Of a DNA stretch of 64,000 nucleotides, positions 41,132 to 51,496 are shown piece after piece. The position numbers and the translations under genes were made by a program. The stretch lies in NCBI GenBank assembly GCA_964491785.1, contig CAZBGS010000001.1:232661-296660 (forward strand). Reading direction: 5' to 3'. Numbering within the stretch: position 1 is the stretch's first letter; the number at the start of each line of letters is the position of its first letter. This DNA is from an uncultured Pseudobdellovibrionaceae bacterium. Lineage in GTDB: Bacteria; Pseudomonadota; Alphaproteobacteria; Micavibrionales; Micavibrionaceae. The notes below the pieces were generated by a model, which searched no databases, was not told the DNA's origin, and saw only the letters and a list, made by a program, of their open reading frames with translations.

Positions 41132-42106
41132 TTAGCAAGAGATGATCGCGTGTTCAAGGCAAACGCTCTTGTAAGTTTCTGTCATCGCAGCCATGGCCAG
41201 CGGTTTTGCGATTACAGGCTCAAGTTCAGGCAAGTCTCCCGCCGAAGCAACCGCTATCATTCTTCCCGCGGCCTTGGCGCAGCCGACAGCCTGATCCTGC
41301 AACCCGGCCAACCTGATTATTCTGAAGAATTCCCGGCAGCTCGGCTCAAGCCCGTTTATAAGCTCTATCGGCGCGTTTACCGGAACATCATTGGCGGCAA
41401 GGCCAAAGCGCCAGTCGCTTCCGGCGGATATGCCAAGGCGGATAGCTTCCTGTGTCATTACATAAGCTATCTGATCCAGCTGATACGGAAGATCGCCCGG
41501 CTTGAAAAATTTTTCGGGCCCGGAATGCATCGAGAGGGCAAGGCGCCTGCCCGCCATGGCGCTGAGACCTGATATACTATCTCCCAAAGTCCAGCCGCAG
41601 CCGCCGATTTTCTTGTCGATAACGAGATCGCAAAGCTCCTGCGCTGAAATCTCGTAGGCGAGGCACCTGTTGGCAAATTCGATGAACAGACGGAAAGATT
41701 CCTCCAGCGACTGCCCTGCACGCTGCCATTGATAAAAGTTATAATGGATGACGTACAGCATCAGATCGTGAAAATCGTATTCGCATTCCAGCCAGTCCTC
41801 AAATAGCGTGCGCGCAAGCGCCCTGCCACATTCGCATTCGAAATCGATAACATATGAAGGCGGCAGCGAATTGGCAGGCAACTGGCCCCCGGCAGGTTCC
41901 ACGCCGAGCAGCCTGGCCAGATAGCCGTAGCTTCCCTCCAGGGCAGTATCGGGTTCATCGAACAGCAAAACAGTTTCCACCAATATTCCGGAGAGAATCT
42001 GCATCATTCTGGTAATGTCCAGGCCGCGGCTTTCATCAGAGGCCAGAGTCATCAAGTTTAGCTGCAACTGCGAAGCTATTTCCGCCTTGTTACCGGGATG
42101 GTTCAT
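41132..42106 (-). CDS. Hypothetical protein (324 aa)
   Basis: The protein is Cys/Trp-rich with no recognisable family. It is co-oriented with, and immediately upstream of, fabA. Confidence 0.45.
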   Translation of the reverse strand: MNHPGNKAEIASQLQLNLMTLASDESRGLDITRMMQILSGILVETVLLFDEPDTALEGSYGYLARLLGVEPAGGQLPANSLPPSYVIDFECECGRALARTLFEDWLECEYDFHDLMLYVIHYNFYQWQRAGQSLEESFRLFIEFANRCLAYEISAQELCDLVIDKKIGGCGWTLGDSISGLSAMAGRRLALSMHSGPEKFFKPGDLPYQLDQIAYVMTQEAIRLGISAGSDWRFGLAANDVPVNAPIELINGLEPSCREFFRIIRLAGLQDQAVGCAKAAGRMIAVASAGDLPELEPVIAKPLAMAAMTETYKSVCLEHAIISC

Positions 42107-42205
42107 AGGAATACTCGTCTAATGCTGGTTCAGTGGGCAGGAGTGTAGTAGAAGCAGGTTGTGGATAAGTCTGTGGAAAGAGGGTGAATCACCCATATAA
42201 TCAGG

Positions 42206-42730
42206 TTAATTGAAATCTTCTTCCTGGTAAATGCCCCAAAGAGATTTTCTTTGCACCCACCCCTTAAACCCTTGAGCTTCCAGCAAACACCAGTCCTGTT
42301 CGCAGGTATGGAGATTTAGGACGGCGCGGGGTTCGATACGGGCAATGACAGGCGAGTGGGCAGACGCCTGACGCTGCATCGGTACTGTCCGATCCTCGAT
42401 TACAAGCGCCGTGCGATTTCCGGAAACGAGCGATCTGTGAACCCATCCCTCTTCACCGTCGATATCGCGGATTTTGCGCCAGGCGTCAAACTCCTTGACC
42501 ACCTCCACCGGAAGGCCATCGCGCATGTATGTCCATCGCACCGGGTAGCGCAGGCCGGGGCCTGTCCGCGCATAGACTTTTTCTGATCGCAGCGAAACGA
42601 ATCTGGGCAGCGGGAATTCCGTGGAGCGGAATTTTTCGTCTGCTCCCGCAAGCGTTTGCGAGCCGGACGCCAGAACGACGACCAGAGCGGGCATCAATAT
42701 AACCAGAATCTTCTTTATATATTTTTTCAT
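42206..42730 (-). CDS. Secreted SH3-like domain protein
   Basis: After a signal peptide it contains W..(R/K)..PG....P....G....V.....W.(I/V) spacing typical of bacterial SH3b. Confidence 0.5.
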   Translation of the reverse strand: MKKYIKKILVILMPALVVVLASGSQTLAGADEKFRSTEFPLPRFVSLRSEKVYARTGPGLRYPVRWTYMRDGLPVEVVKEFDAWRKIRDIDGEEGWVHRSLVSGNRTALVIEDRTVPMQRQASAHSPVIARIEPRAVLNLHTCEQDWCLLEAQGFKGWVQRKSLWGIYQEEDFN

Positions 42731-42802
42731 TGAACCTCACCAACCTGCGTCCGAGCGTGATACAGCTTTCGCCGGGCTCACAGTTTATATATTTCTATAT
42801 CC

Positions 42803-43786
42803 ATGAACAACACAACTGTATTACATCAAATTTGCGTAGCCCCGATGCTCGACTGGACCGACAGGCATTGCAGGTATTTTCACAGGCTTCTGTCACCCGG
42901 CGTCCGGCTTTATACCGAGATGGTCACCTCTTCGGCAATAGTCCACGGACACAGGGACAGACTGCTTGCATTCGATGTGGCCGAGCATCCTCTCGCTCTG
43001 CAGGTGGGGGGAAGCGACCCGGAAGAGCTGGAACTGGCCGTACGTATAGCAGCAGATTACGGATACGACGAAATCAACCTGAACTGCGGCTGCCCCAGCG
43101 ACAGGGTTCAGAAAGGCAGTTTTGGCGCCTGCCTGATGTCATGTCCCTCGCTTGTGGCCAGATGCGTCGAGAAAATGGCCGCGGCATCAGCCGTTCCGGT
43201 CAGTGTCAAATGCCGGACGGGAATCGACGATCAGGACAGCTATGAATTTCTGGAGAATTTCATATCGGAGATCAGAGACGCCGGTTGCAGGCATGTCATC
43301 ATTCACGCGCGAAAGGCCTGGCTTAAAGGCCTGAGCCCCAAAGAGAACAGGGAAATACCGCCTCTCGAATACGGGAAAGCGCGCAGGATAAAAGAAAATT
43401 TCCCTGAGTTGAGAGTCGTATTGAACGGTGGAATTGTTACGCTCTCCCAGATTCGGGATCTGCTCCCGGAGTTTGACGGAATCATGATCGGAAGAGCGGC
43501 ATATCAGAATCCTTACCTGCTTGCCGAGATCGAAAGAGAGATATATGGCAACGTTAATGTCAAAAGTCGCAAGGAAGCCGCCCTGGCAATGATTCCTTAT
43601 ATTGAACGGATGCAAAAGGAAAACAAGACTCCGGTAAAGTCTGTCACCAGGCATATGCTCGGGCTTTTCCACGGACAGAAGAAGGGCAAAAGCTGGCGGC
43701 GGGTTTTAAGTACTTGCGTACATGATGAAAATGCAGATGCAAAAATTATCGAGACGGCTTTGCTGGAAGCGGATATCCGGTTATAA
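42803..43786 (+). CDS. dusA: tRNA-dihydrouridine(20/20a) synthase
   Basis: It contains CVAPMLDWTDRHCRYFHR and NLNCGCP (catalytic Cys) in a TIM barrel with an FMN site. Confidence 0.85.
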   Translation: MNNTTVLHQICVAPMLDWTDRHCRYFHRLLSPGVRLYTEMVTSSAIVHGHRDRLLAFDVAEHPLALQVGGSDPEELELAVRIAADYGYDEINLNCGCPSDRVQKGSFGACLMSCPSLVARCVEKMAAASAVPVSVKCRTGIDDQDSYEFLENFISEIRDAGCRHVIIHARKAWLKGLSPKENREIPPLEYGKARRIKENFPELRVVLNGGIVTLSQIRDLLPEFDGIMIGRAAYQNPYLLAEIEREIYGNVNVKSRKEAALAMIPYIERMQKENKTPVKSVTRHMLGLFHGQKKGKSWRRVLSTCVHDENADAKIIETALLEADIRL

Positions 43787-43875
43787 ACTATGATGTGCGA
43801 TTCTATCCTTTAGGTCTCGGCATCATTTGCGGAAAATAGTTCAAATATGGTAAAATCTTCTACTCTGTCCAGGAT

Positions 43876-44502
43876 GTGCTAATGCAGTGGTATCCGGTTG
43901 AAAAGACACAAACGATCGAAATGATCGAAAAAGTAATACCAGGTGACATGCCTTCCTTCTTTTCGGCCAGGTCAAGCGAAGCGCGCTGCGCAAAACTTCC
44001 CTTTTACACGAATTTCCTGCTGTACAGACTGACCAACAACGCCACACTGCCGGCGTTTTCCATTGATTTTCTAAGCAACGGACGGCAGTACCATTATCTT
44101 GACGGATCTTCCCAGCCGATTTACCGGGCCAATGCCACCGGCGACCTAATTATTAACGATAATACGGTACTGGATTATCTGGCGTTTTACGTTCATTACG
44201 TTCCAGGGCCGGAGGGAGAGATTCTGCTGATCGACAGCCACAAGAAAATCATGCCGACAGGCGTGCTGGATATAGACCGGCACAGGGACATGCTCTATTC
44301 GCACAGGGATATCAATATAAGCTTCGACAAGGACACAAAAAATTATACAATCAAAGCGCCCATGTATTATGGCGGAGCTCTGGTCAAGGCTATTATCAAC
44401 ATCAGCGAGCAAGGCCATCTGGAGATAATGGATTATCAAATGTTATTAAAAGGAAGTTTCGAACTTACAGAGACTCCGGCATCTTCCGGAAAAAAGATAT
44501 AA
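43876..44502 (+). CDS. Hypothetical protein (208 aa), cassette gene 1
   Basis: No family is recognised. It is Asn/Ile/Tyr-rich and the codon usage looks AT-shifted. Confidence 0.4.
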   Translation: MLMQWYPVEKTQTIEMIEKVIPGDMPSFFSARSSEARCAKLPFYTNFLLYRLTNNATLPAFSIDFLSNGRQYHYLDGSSQPIYRANATGDLIINDNTVLDYLAFYVHYVPGPEGEILLIDSHKKIMPTGVLDIDRHRDMLYSHRDINISFDKDTKNYTIKAPMYYGGALVKAIINISEQGHLEIMDYQMLLKGSFELTETPASSGKKI

Positions 44503-44526
44503 GCAGGAAGGGGTAATAATTTTAAG

Positions 44527-45111
44527 ATGGATAATATCCAGCATAATCCGGGAGTTCTAAGCAGCATTTTTGGCGGGGAGCCCAAATCCGCCACTATCGG
44601 CTTTTCGCATCCAAACGAAGAGGAAATTCTGGTTAAGACAATCGAGATTCTTCAGAAGAGCGATACCGGCGCCCATCTGCTGGGCGTGCTGAACGAAAAG
44701 AATCTCGGGGTGCGGGTAATCAGGAATCGCAACGCCCACGGCTATACCGCTAATTTCCAGATTATCTACTTAGGGGTGCCTCCGGACAAGGCCGAACCGG
44801 ACGCTTACGCGGTGCTCGAACTGGGGGGGGCAATCCGTGAAATCGAGCAGGAACTGGTGGGTTTTTCCCTGCCCAAGGAGGGGGAGGATCCGCTCATGGC
44901 TGCGTCAATAAGACATGCCAAATACCTTGACATAATTGTATATATGTGTAGAATAGCAATTGAGCTAGGTAAAAGTCTGAGTACCACGGAATACGTGGAT
45001 ACAATAGAAAAGCTGGGGCATGGTGACATCCTCCGCGCACTTTTGGCTCAGACGGGCAACGAACATCTGGTCAGCGCTTACGCCGAAGCTCACAAGAAGG
45101 TGCAACAGTAG
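44527..45111 (+). CDS. Hypothetical protein (194 aa), cassette gene 2
   Basis: No family is recognised. It is tightly spaced behind gene 1 (24 bp). Confidence 0.4.
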   Translation: MDNIQHNPGVLSSIFGGEPKSATIGFSHPNEEEILVKTIEILQKSDTGAHLLGVLNEKNLGVRVIRNRNAHGYTANFQIIYLGVPPDKAEPDAYAVLELGGAIREIEQELVGFSLPKEGEDPLMAASIRHAKYLDIIVYMCRIAIELGKSLSTTEYVDTIEKLGHGDILRALLAQTGNEHLVSAYAEAHKKVQQ

Positions 45112-45131
45112 GCTACCAAGGGTGTAAAGAA

Positions 45132-45329
45132 ATGACAAAATCAATAGGTTTAGTACCGGGCGAAATCTCAGAAGGCGCGATCCTGGGATATCTTAATCAG
45201 GGAGCCAGAGAACTCCCCGTGGCGAGTTACAAGAATCGCCCCGAAGATCTGGCCGCAAGAGCTTTGCGTGCCGCTAACGGGGTTGGAGCAAGGGACTTTA
45301 CACAAAGCGGCCCTGCCCTTTCACTTTGA
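45132..45329 (+). CDS. Small hypothetical protein (65 aa), cassette gene 3
   Basis: It lies 20 bp after gene 2 and is Gly/Ala-rich. Confidence 0.3.
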   Translation: MTKSIGLVPGEISEGAILGYLNQGARELPVASYKNRPEDLAARALRAANGVGARDFTQSGPALSL

Positions 45330-45402
45330 GCCTGAATATCAGGCCTGACCAGTTTCCAACGGCGTTGCGGGATACCGCTGCGCCGTTTGTTTTTGTGTGA
45401 TG

Positions 45403-45466
45403 CACCTCCGAAGTCCCCTTACCCTTCCGCTTTGCGGCCCCCTCGCTCTCCCGGCGGGAGATAGGC
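45403..45466 (+). repeat. Dispersed intergenic repeat copy (after cassette, before suf regulator)
   Basis: The sequence tccgaagtccccttacccttccgctttgcggccccctcgctctcccggcgggagatagg is collinear with the copies at 13924 and 62002. Confidence 0.55.
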
Positions 45467-45567
45467 TAAACCGTAAATTTGCGGTACTGTTTTGGGATGT
45501 TACCTTGAAATTGTGTTAAAAAAGTGCCAAATCTTAAAAATAACAACTCAAACAAGGCGACGTATTA

Positions 45568-45981
45568 ATGATAAAACTTTCCCGTCTGGCGTGCTACGGC
45601 GTTGTGATTCTTTCCGAGATGGCGGCGGGAGAAAAGCTTCGTACGGCTTCCGGTCTTTCTGAAAAAACCGGGCTTCCGGAACCGACCGTGGCAAAAATTC
45701 TAAAATTGCTGTCGAAGGGCGGCTTTGTTTCTTCGTCGAGAGGAATTAACGGCGGATACACTCTTATCAGGGAGCCCGTAAACATAAGCATTGCAGATAT
45801 TGTCACGGCGCTTGATGGCGAGATATCGCTTACAGGCTGCGTCGAAGGCAAGAGTGAAGAATGCCGCCTTAAAAGCGGATGCGCTCTGCATGGTTGCTGG
45901 GACGAGTTGAACGCTTCGGTGAGGAACGCCCTGTCACAGACCAACCTTGCCTGCATAGTATCTTCGAAAAAGAAGGTGTAA
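45568..45981 (+). CDS. Rrf2-family transcriptional regulator (IscR/RirA-like), likely suf operon regulator
   Basis: The HTH reads [19 protein letters not shown]...[21 protein letters not shown]. Three Cys residues ([15 protein letters not shown]) resemble Fe-S ligands, and the gene is immediately upstream of sufB. Confidence 0.8.
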   Translation: MIKLSRLACYGVVILSEMAAGEKLRTASGLSEKTGLPEPTVAKILKLLSKGGFVSSSRGINGGYTLIREPVNISIADIVTALDGEISLTGCVEGKSEECRLKSGCALHGCWDELNASVRNALSQTNLACIVSSKKKV

Positions 45982-47432
45982 TGGACAAAAAGGCGGAAAC
46001 AATCAGCCGGGTCGAGGAGCTGAAACGCTATTCAGCGGGATTTCAGACTACGATCGATTCCGTGCGCGCGCCAAAGGGACTGAATGAGGAAATTATCCGT
46101 TTTATCTCAAGCAGGAAGGAAGAACCTGAATGGCTGCTTGAGTGGCGGCTCAAGGCTTACAGGCACTGGCTGAAAATGCCGGAGCCGACATGGGCGAAGA
46201 TTAGCTTTCCGCCGATCGATTATCAGGACGCATATTATTATTCAGCCCCAAGATCATTTGAAAACCGTCCAAAATCTCTTGACGAGGTAGATCCCAAACT
46301 GCTTGAGACCTATGAGAAGCTCGGGATACCTCTACGAGAGAGAGAGATCCTTGCCGGAGTGGCGGTGGATGCTATTTTTGATTCAGTTTCCGTTGCCACC
46401 ACCTTCAAGGACAAGCTTCTGGAGGCGGGGGTTATCTTTTGTCCGATCAGCGAAGCGGTTCGTGATTACCCGCATCTTGTGCAGAAGTACATGGGTACGG
46501 TGGTGCCCTTTACCGATAACAAGCATGCCTGTCTCAATTCGGCTCTTTTTACCGACGGTTCTTTTGTTTACGTCCCCGAAGGCGTCCGTTGTCCGATGGA
46601 GCTGTCGTCGTATTTCCGGATCAACGAGATGAACACGGGCCAGCTGGAACGAACGCTGATTATCGCGGAAAAGGGCTCCTATGTAAGTTATCTGGAAGGC
46701 TGTACAGCTCCGATGCGCGACGAGCGGCAGTTGCATGCGGCCGTGGTCGAGCTGATCGCCCATGAAGATGCAGAGATCAAATACTCCACCGTCCAGAACT
46801 GGTATCCCGGCGACGAGCAGGGAAAAGGCGGGATATATAATTTCGTCACCAAGCGCGGTCATTGCGCGGGGGCGGGATCAAGAATCTCATGGACCCAGGT
46901 GGAGACCGGGTCGGCGATCACATGGAAATACCCGAGCTGCGTGCTGAAAGGCGACAATTCGTCATGTGAGTTCTATTCAGTGGCGATAACCAATAACTAC
47001 CAGCAGGCCGACACGGGAACCAAAATGATCCATATCGGCAAGAACACACGTTCCAAAATCATTTCCAAAGGCATATCCGCCGGACACGCAAACAACACCT
47101 ACAGAGGTCTGGTAAAGGTAATGCCGAATGCGGACGGCGCGCGAAATTTCACACAGTGTGACAGTTTGCTGATTGGCAACAATTGCGGAGCGCATACCGT
47201 GCCCTATATAGAATGCCGCAATCCCGGGGCTCAGCTGGAGCATGAGGCCACCACTTCGAGAATTTCGGAAGACCAGATGTTTTACTGCAGGCAAAGAGGC
47301 ATGGGCCCCGAGGAAACGGTCGCGCTGATAGTCAACGGCTTCTGCCGAGATGTACTTCAGCACTTACCCATGGAATTTGCCGTGGAGGCCCAGAAACTGG
47401 TAGGCATTTCCCTTGAAGGAAGCGTAGGATAG
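45981..47432 (+). CDS. sufB: Fe-S cluster assembly scaffold SufB
   Basis: The SufB/SufD family core is present. The start is taken at ATG 45981, overlapping the Rrf2 stop (TAATG). Confidence 0.85.
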   Translation: MDKKAETISRVEELKRYSAGFQTTIDSVRAPKGLNEEIIRFISSRKEEPEWLLEWRLKAYRHWLKMPEPTWAKISFPPIDYQDAYYYSAPRSFENRPKSLDEVDPKLLETYEKLGIPLREREILAGVAVDAIFDSVSVATTFKDKLLEAGVIFCPISEAVRDYPHLVQKYMGTVVPFTDNKHACLNSALFTDGSFVYVPEGVRCPMELSSYFRINEMNTGQLERTLIIAEKGSYVSYLEGCTAPMRDERQLHAAVVELIAHEDAEIKYSTVQNWYPGDEQGKGGIYNFVTKRGHCAGAGSRISWTQVETGSAITWKYPSCVLKGDNSSCEFYSVAITNNYQQADTGTKMIHIGKNTRSKIISKGISAGHANNTYRGLVKVMPNADGARNFTQCDSLLIGNNCGAHTVPYIECRNPGAQLEHEATTSRISEDQMFYCRQRGMGPEETVALIVNGFCRDVLQHLPMEFAVEAQKLVGISLEGSVG

Positions 47433-47464
47433 ATCCGAAAAATAAAACAGGCAGGATCAATGCA

Positions 47465-47734
47465 ATGAAAAAGATTAATTTTACCAACGTGCTTTTCTGG
47501 TTTACCGGACTTATAGGGTTCGTAATCGGAGTGATTATCTTTTTGATCATTGTCGCAGGACTGGATACCACCAGCGGAGATCCGGTAAGAAGCGGGATGA
47601 TTCTTTTTGTTTCCTTCATCATGTGCTACGGCGTGGCCTTCGGAGGCTTGATTATTATGGCGCTAACGCAAATATCTTCTACGCTTCACAGGATAGAAAG
47701 ACTTTTGAAGGATCGGGAAGAAGCCGGCAAATGA
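47465..47734 (+). CDS. Small hydrophobic protein (89 aa, two predicted TM helices) inserted between sufB and sufC
   Basis: It is an ATG-initiated ORF (MKKINFTNVLFWFTGLIGFVIGVIIFLIIVAG...) that ends 4 nt into the sufC start. Confidence 0.4.
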   Translation: MKKINFTNVLFWFTGLIGFVIGVIIFLIIVAGLDTTSGDPVRSGMILFVSFIMCYGVAFGGLIIMALTQISSTLHRIERLLKDREEAGK

Positions 47735-48477
47735 TTGAAATAAATAATCTGCAGATTAACGTAGATGACAAGACAATACTCAAAGGAATAGATCTTTCCA
47801 TCAAGCCGGGAGAGATCCATGCGGTGATGGGGCCGAACGGTTCCGGGAAATCCACTCTTTCCTACTTTCTTGCAGGCAACGAAAAATATGAACTGGCCGG
47901 GGGGGACGTCACGCTCGACGGCGAGAGTATTATTGAACTTGAGCCTGAAGAAAGAGCTGCCAGGGGCCTGTTTCTGGCATTCCAGTATCCTGTTGAAATT
48001 CCTGGAGTTACTCTCAACAATTTCCTCAAAACCTCGATTAACGCGCTGCGCAAGGCAAGAGGGCTTGAGGAGATGGATACCCTCGAGTTTCTTAAGCTCA
48101 TGAAGAAAAGAGCAAAAGAAATCGGCATCAGCGACGAAATGCTGAAACGACCTCTTAACGTCGGCTTTTCGGGGGGCGAGAAGAAACGTAACGAAGCCTT
48201 GCAAATGTCGCTGCTGGAGCCAAGATTCGCCATTCTCGACGAAACGGACAGCGGACTGGACATCGATGCCTTGCGGATAGTGGCGGAGAGCGTAAACCGT
48301 CTGAGGTCGCCTGATCGCGCTTTTCTGATCATCACTCACTACCAGAGGCTTCTGGATTATGTCGTGCCGGATCACGTGCATATAATGGCGGACGGCAGGA
48401 TACGCAGATCCGGTGGCCCGGAACTGGCCAAGGAGCTTGAAGCCAAGGGCTATAGCGAGTTTCTGGAGGTCGCGTGA
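47731..48477 (+). CDS. sufC: Fe-S cluster assembly ATPase SufC
   Basis: It has Walker A GPNGSGKSTL, signature FSGGEKKRNE, and Walker B AILDETDSGLD. The start is at MIEINNLQ. Confidence 0.9.
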   Translation: MIEINNLQINVDDKTILKGIDLSIKPGEIHAVMGPNGSGKSTLSYFLAGNEKYELAGGDVTLDGESIIELEPEERAARGLFLAFQYPVEIPGVTLNNFLKTSINALRKARGLEEMDTLEFLKLMKKRAKEIGISDEMLKRPLNVGFSGGEKKRNEALQMSLLEPRFAILDETDSGLDIDALRIVAESVNRLRSPDRAFLIITHYQRLLDYVVPDHVHIMADGRIRRSGGPELAKELEAKGYSEFLEVA

Positions 48478-49688
48478 ATAACGTAACCGCTTTGATTAAA
48501 AACAATCCCGAAAAGAAAATATATGCCCCTGAAACGGCAAGAGCTTTCACGCAAGCAGCTGGAGAATTTGTTTTAAGGCATCCCGCAGATGCAAACATCG
48601 CCGCCATCAGGGCAAGAGGCCTGCGCCAGATCGAGCTTCAGGGCCTGCCTTCAAGAAGGCTTGAAAGCTGGAAGTATACCGACCCCGGCCCCGCCCTGAA
48701 AAATAACTATGAAGTAAAAACTGTTTCACCGACAGCCAGCCATCCCACGCAGCAAGTCAATCCGGCGTTTGTCGCCGTTTTATCTCAGGACTATCCTGGA
48801 CAGGAGGTCGACGGTCAGTTATGGGCGCTAAACCAGGCTTTTCTCGACAAGCCTTATATGATCGAGGTCGGTAAAGGCGAGGAACTGGAACTGGAATTAA
48901 TCTGGAATGCCGGAGAGAAAGACGTTTTTTCATCACCACGCACAGTAATTATTCTTAAAAAAGGGGCAAGGCTACACCTTACGGAGATAATTCAGTCCGG
49001 TGAAAAATGCTGGTTTAATCTGTGCACGCAAATAATTGTTGAATCGGGTGCAAAACTTTGCCATTTCCGGCTTCAGGGATGCGGGAATGATTCTTTTTGC
49101 ACTTTGAACACCATGCTCCGGATCGAGCGCGACGGGTGTTACGAGCACCATTTCATCAATCTCGGGGCAAGGATCGGGCGGAACCAGTATCATGTAAGTC
49201 TTGAGGGCGAGAATGCCTCGTGCCGTATCAACGGCGTTAATCTGCTGGACGGGGAAAGAGTCGGGGATGCGACGGTAACCGTACGCCACAAGGCCGAAAA
49301 CGGGTTTTCCATGCAGAATATCAGGTCTGTGCTGCTGGATCAGGCTCGCGGGGTTTTTCAGGGGGCGATACAGGTCGAGCGCGAGGCTCAGAAAACAAAC
49401 GCCCATCAGCTAAGCAAGGCGCTTATGCTGAGCGAAGGGGCGGAGATGGATACCAGGCCGGAACTGGAAATCTTCGCCGACGACGTCAAATGCTCTCACG
49501 GCGCAACCACGGGACAGATCGACAGGGAGGCGATGTTTTATCTGCGCTCCCGCGGCCTGAATGAGGCGCAGGCGAAGAAAATACTTATGTCGGCCTTTGT
49601 TTCCGAGCTTCTTGAGAGTATAGATCCTGAAAAAACAAAGGATCTGTTTATTGGCCGGGTGGAAGACTGGCTGGATCGGTCAGGGTAA
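48474..49688 (+). CDS. sufD: Fe-S cluster assembly protein SufD
   Basis: The C-terminal SufD beta-helix core is present and the gene lies between sufC and sufS. Confidence 0.8.
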   Translation: MNNVTALIKNNPEKKIYAPETARAFTQAAGEFVLRHPADANIAAIRARGLRQIELQGLPSRRLESWKYTDPGPALKNNYEVKTVSPTASHPTQQVNPAFVAVLSQDYPGQEVDGQLWALNQAFLDKPYMIEVGKGEELELELIWNAGEKDVFSSPRTVIILKKGARLHLTEIIQSGEKCWFNLCTQIIVESGAKLCHFRLQGCGNDSFCTLNTMLRIERDGCYEHHFINLGARIGRNQYHVSLEGENASCRINGVNLLDGERVGDATVTVRHKAENGFSMQNIRSVLLDQARGVFQGAIQVEREAQKTNAHQLSKALMLSEGAEMDTRPELEIFADDVKCSHGATTGQIDREAMFYLRSRGLNEAQAKKILMSAFVSELLESIDPEKTKDLFIGRVEDWLDRSG

Positions 49689-50917
49689 TGAGCAATAAGG
49701 GATTTGAGAGATACCGGCAAGATTTCCCGGTTCTTGGCACGCGGATGCACGATCAGCCGCTATGCTTTCTTGATTCGGCGGCAAGCTCGCAAAAGCCGGA
49801 ACGCGTGATAAATACCATGAACGCGGTGCTGCGGGGCGGATATGCCAATATCCATCGCGGCCTTTACGAGATTTCTCAGAACGTTACCCGGCAGTATGAA
49901 TTGGCGAGGGAGAAAGCCGCCAGCTTTATTGGCGCTTCCAAAGCCGGAGAAATAGTGTTTACCCGCAACTCGACAGAGGCGATCAACCTTGTGGCGCAAA
50001 GCTGGGGGCGGTGGTTTTTACGCGCCGGGGATGAGGTGATACTTACGGAAATGGAGCATCACGCCAATATCGTCCCCTGGCAATTGCTGCGCGAACAGAC
50101 GGGTATTGTTATCCGGGTTGTTCCGATCGAGGAGAACGGGACTCTCAGGCTGAAAGAGCTTGAAAACATGCTTTCGGAAAAGACCAGACTGGTCAGCTTC
50201 GTGCATGTTTCCAACGCACTCGGCACCATAAATCCGGCGGGCGAGATAATCAGGAAGGTGAAAGCGTTTAACGAATCGATCACGGTTATGGTCGACGGCT
50301 CGCAGGCGGCGGTGCATCTGCCGGTGGACGTTGCCGCGCTCGGTTGCGACTTTTATGTGTTCACCGGGCACAAGCTGTACGGGCCTACCGGCATAGGCGT
50401 CCTTTACGGCAGAAGCGAGTTGCTTGAAGAAATGCCGCCATATCAGGGGGGAGGCGACATGATAGAATCGGTAAGTTTCGAGAAGACGACGTACAAAGCC
50501 CCGCCCCAGCGTTTCGAGGCGGGAACACCGGCTATCGTGGAAGCTATCGGACTTGGGGCGGCCATAGATTACGTGAACGGCATCGGCATGGCTGCCATTA
50601 ACGAGCATGAACTTGAACTGCTGAGCTATGGCGATCAGGCGCTGCGGGATATCAGCGGGCTGAAGATCTACGGGAACGCGCCGGAGAAAGCGGCTATTTT
50701 TTCATTCACGATTGAGGGCATTCACGCGAGCGATATCGCGATGGTACTCGATCAGTGCGGTATCGCGGTCAGATCCGGGCACCACTGCTGCATGCCGCTG
50801 ATGCGAAAGCTGGGCGTCAGCGCGACCGTAAGGGCATCCATGGCCTTGTATTCTTCGGAAAATGATATAGATAGACTGGTTGAGGGTTTGCATAAGACAA
50901 TAAAAATGTTTTCATGA
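49688..50917 (+). CDS. sufS: Cysteine desulfurase SufS
   Basis: This class-V aminotransferase has a PLP-lysine region (VFTGHKLYGPTGIGVLYG) and an active Cys (RSGHHCCMP). Confidence 0.9.
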   Translation: MSNKGFERYRQDFPVLGTRMHDQPLCFLDSAASSQKPERVINTMNAVLRGGYANIHRGLYEISQNVTRQYELAREKAASFIGASKAGEIVFTRNSTEAINLVAQSWGRWFLRAGDEVILTEMEHHANIVPWQLLREQTGIVIRVVPIEENGTLRLKELENMLSEKTRLVSFVHVSNALGTINPAGEIIRKVKAFNESITVMVDGSQAAVHLPVDVAALGCDFYVFTGHKLYGPTGIGVLYGRSELLEEMPPYQGGGDMIESVSFEKTTYKAPPQRFEAGTPAIVEAIGLGAAIDYVNGIGMAAINEHELELLSYGDQALRDISGLKIYGNAPEKAAIFSFTIEGIHASDIAMVLDQCGIAVRSGHHCCMPLMRKLGVSATVRASMALYSSENDIDRLVEGLHKTIKMFS

Positions 50918-51342
50918 AAGCGATGCAGAACACGGCTGAGGTCAATCAGGTATCGGGATCGGATGATTGCGGCGAGTTTGACGAACTCGCCGAACCGCCT
51001 GTGGCGGACGTCCCCAGGTGCCATCCTCTTTGGCCGAAAATCGCGGCGGCGCTGCGCGAAGTCTACGATCCTGAAATTCCCGTCAATCTTTATGAACTCG
51101 GGCTGATTTATAAAGTCGAGATCAAGGATTCGCGTTTCGAGGGTAAATACGACGTTTATGTGGAAATGTCTTTGACTTCTCCGGGGTGCCCGGTGGCGCA
51201 GGAAATGCCGGGCATGATCCAGGACGCGATCATTCCGCTAGGGAATACCGGAGAGGTAATCGTCGAACTTATATGGGATCCGCCGTGGGAGCCCTCAATG
51301 ATGGCCGAGACCGCAAGACTGCAGCTAAATATGTTTTATTAA
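50914..51342 (+). CDS. DUF59/MIP18-family Fe-S assembly protein (SufT-like)
   Basis: It contains VYDPEIPVNLYELGLIY and SPGCP motifs, located at the end of the suf operon. Confidence 0.7.
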   Translation: MKAMQNTAEVNQVSGSDDCGEFDELAEPPVADVPRCHPLWPKIAAALREVYDPEIPVNLYELGLIYKVEIKDSRFEGKYDVYVEMSLTSPGCPVAQEMPGMIQDAIIPLGNTGEVIVELIWDPPWEPSMMAETARLQLNMFY

Positions 51343-51496
51343 AACATCGTAATTTCAGCTTTAATCATGTCATGCCTGCCCCGTGCGGGCATCCGGAATA
51401 TAAGATGTGCGGATGATGCATCGAGTTTCATTGCTTGTGAATGCGGGCGGTTAGGGGCTAGGATTATGTATTGCTCCTGATTTCTAACCGGGCGTT

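Noticed and set aside
45879-47730. Long 5' extensions of the sufB (45879), sufC (47623), mscL (37346), fabA (41138) and rpmB (59950) ORFs in the six-frame track
   Set aside because: Family alignments place the real starts downstream, at 45981, 47731, 37442, 41072 and 59923. The extensions overlap upstream genes or lack conservation.
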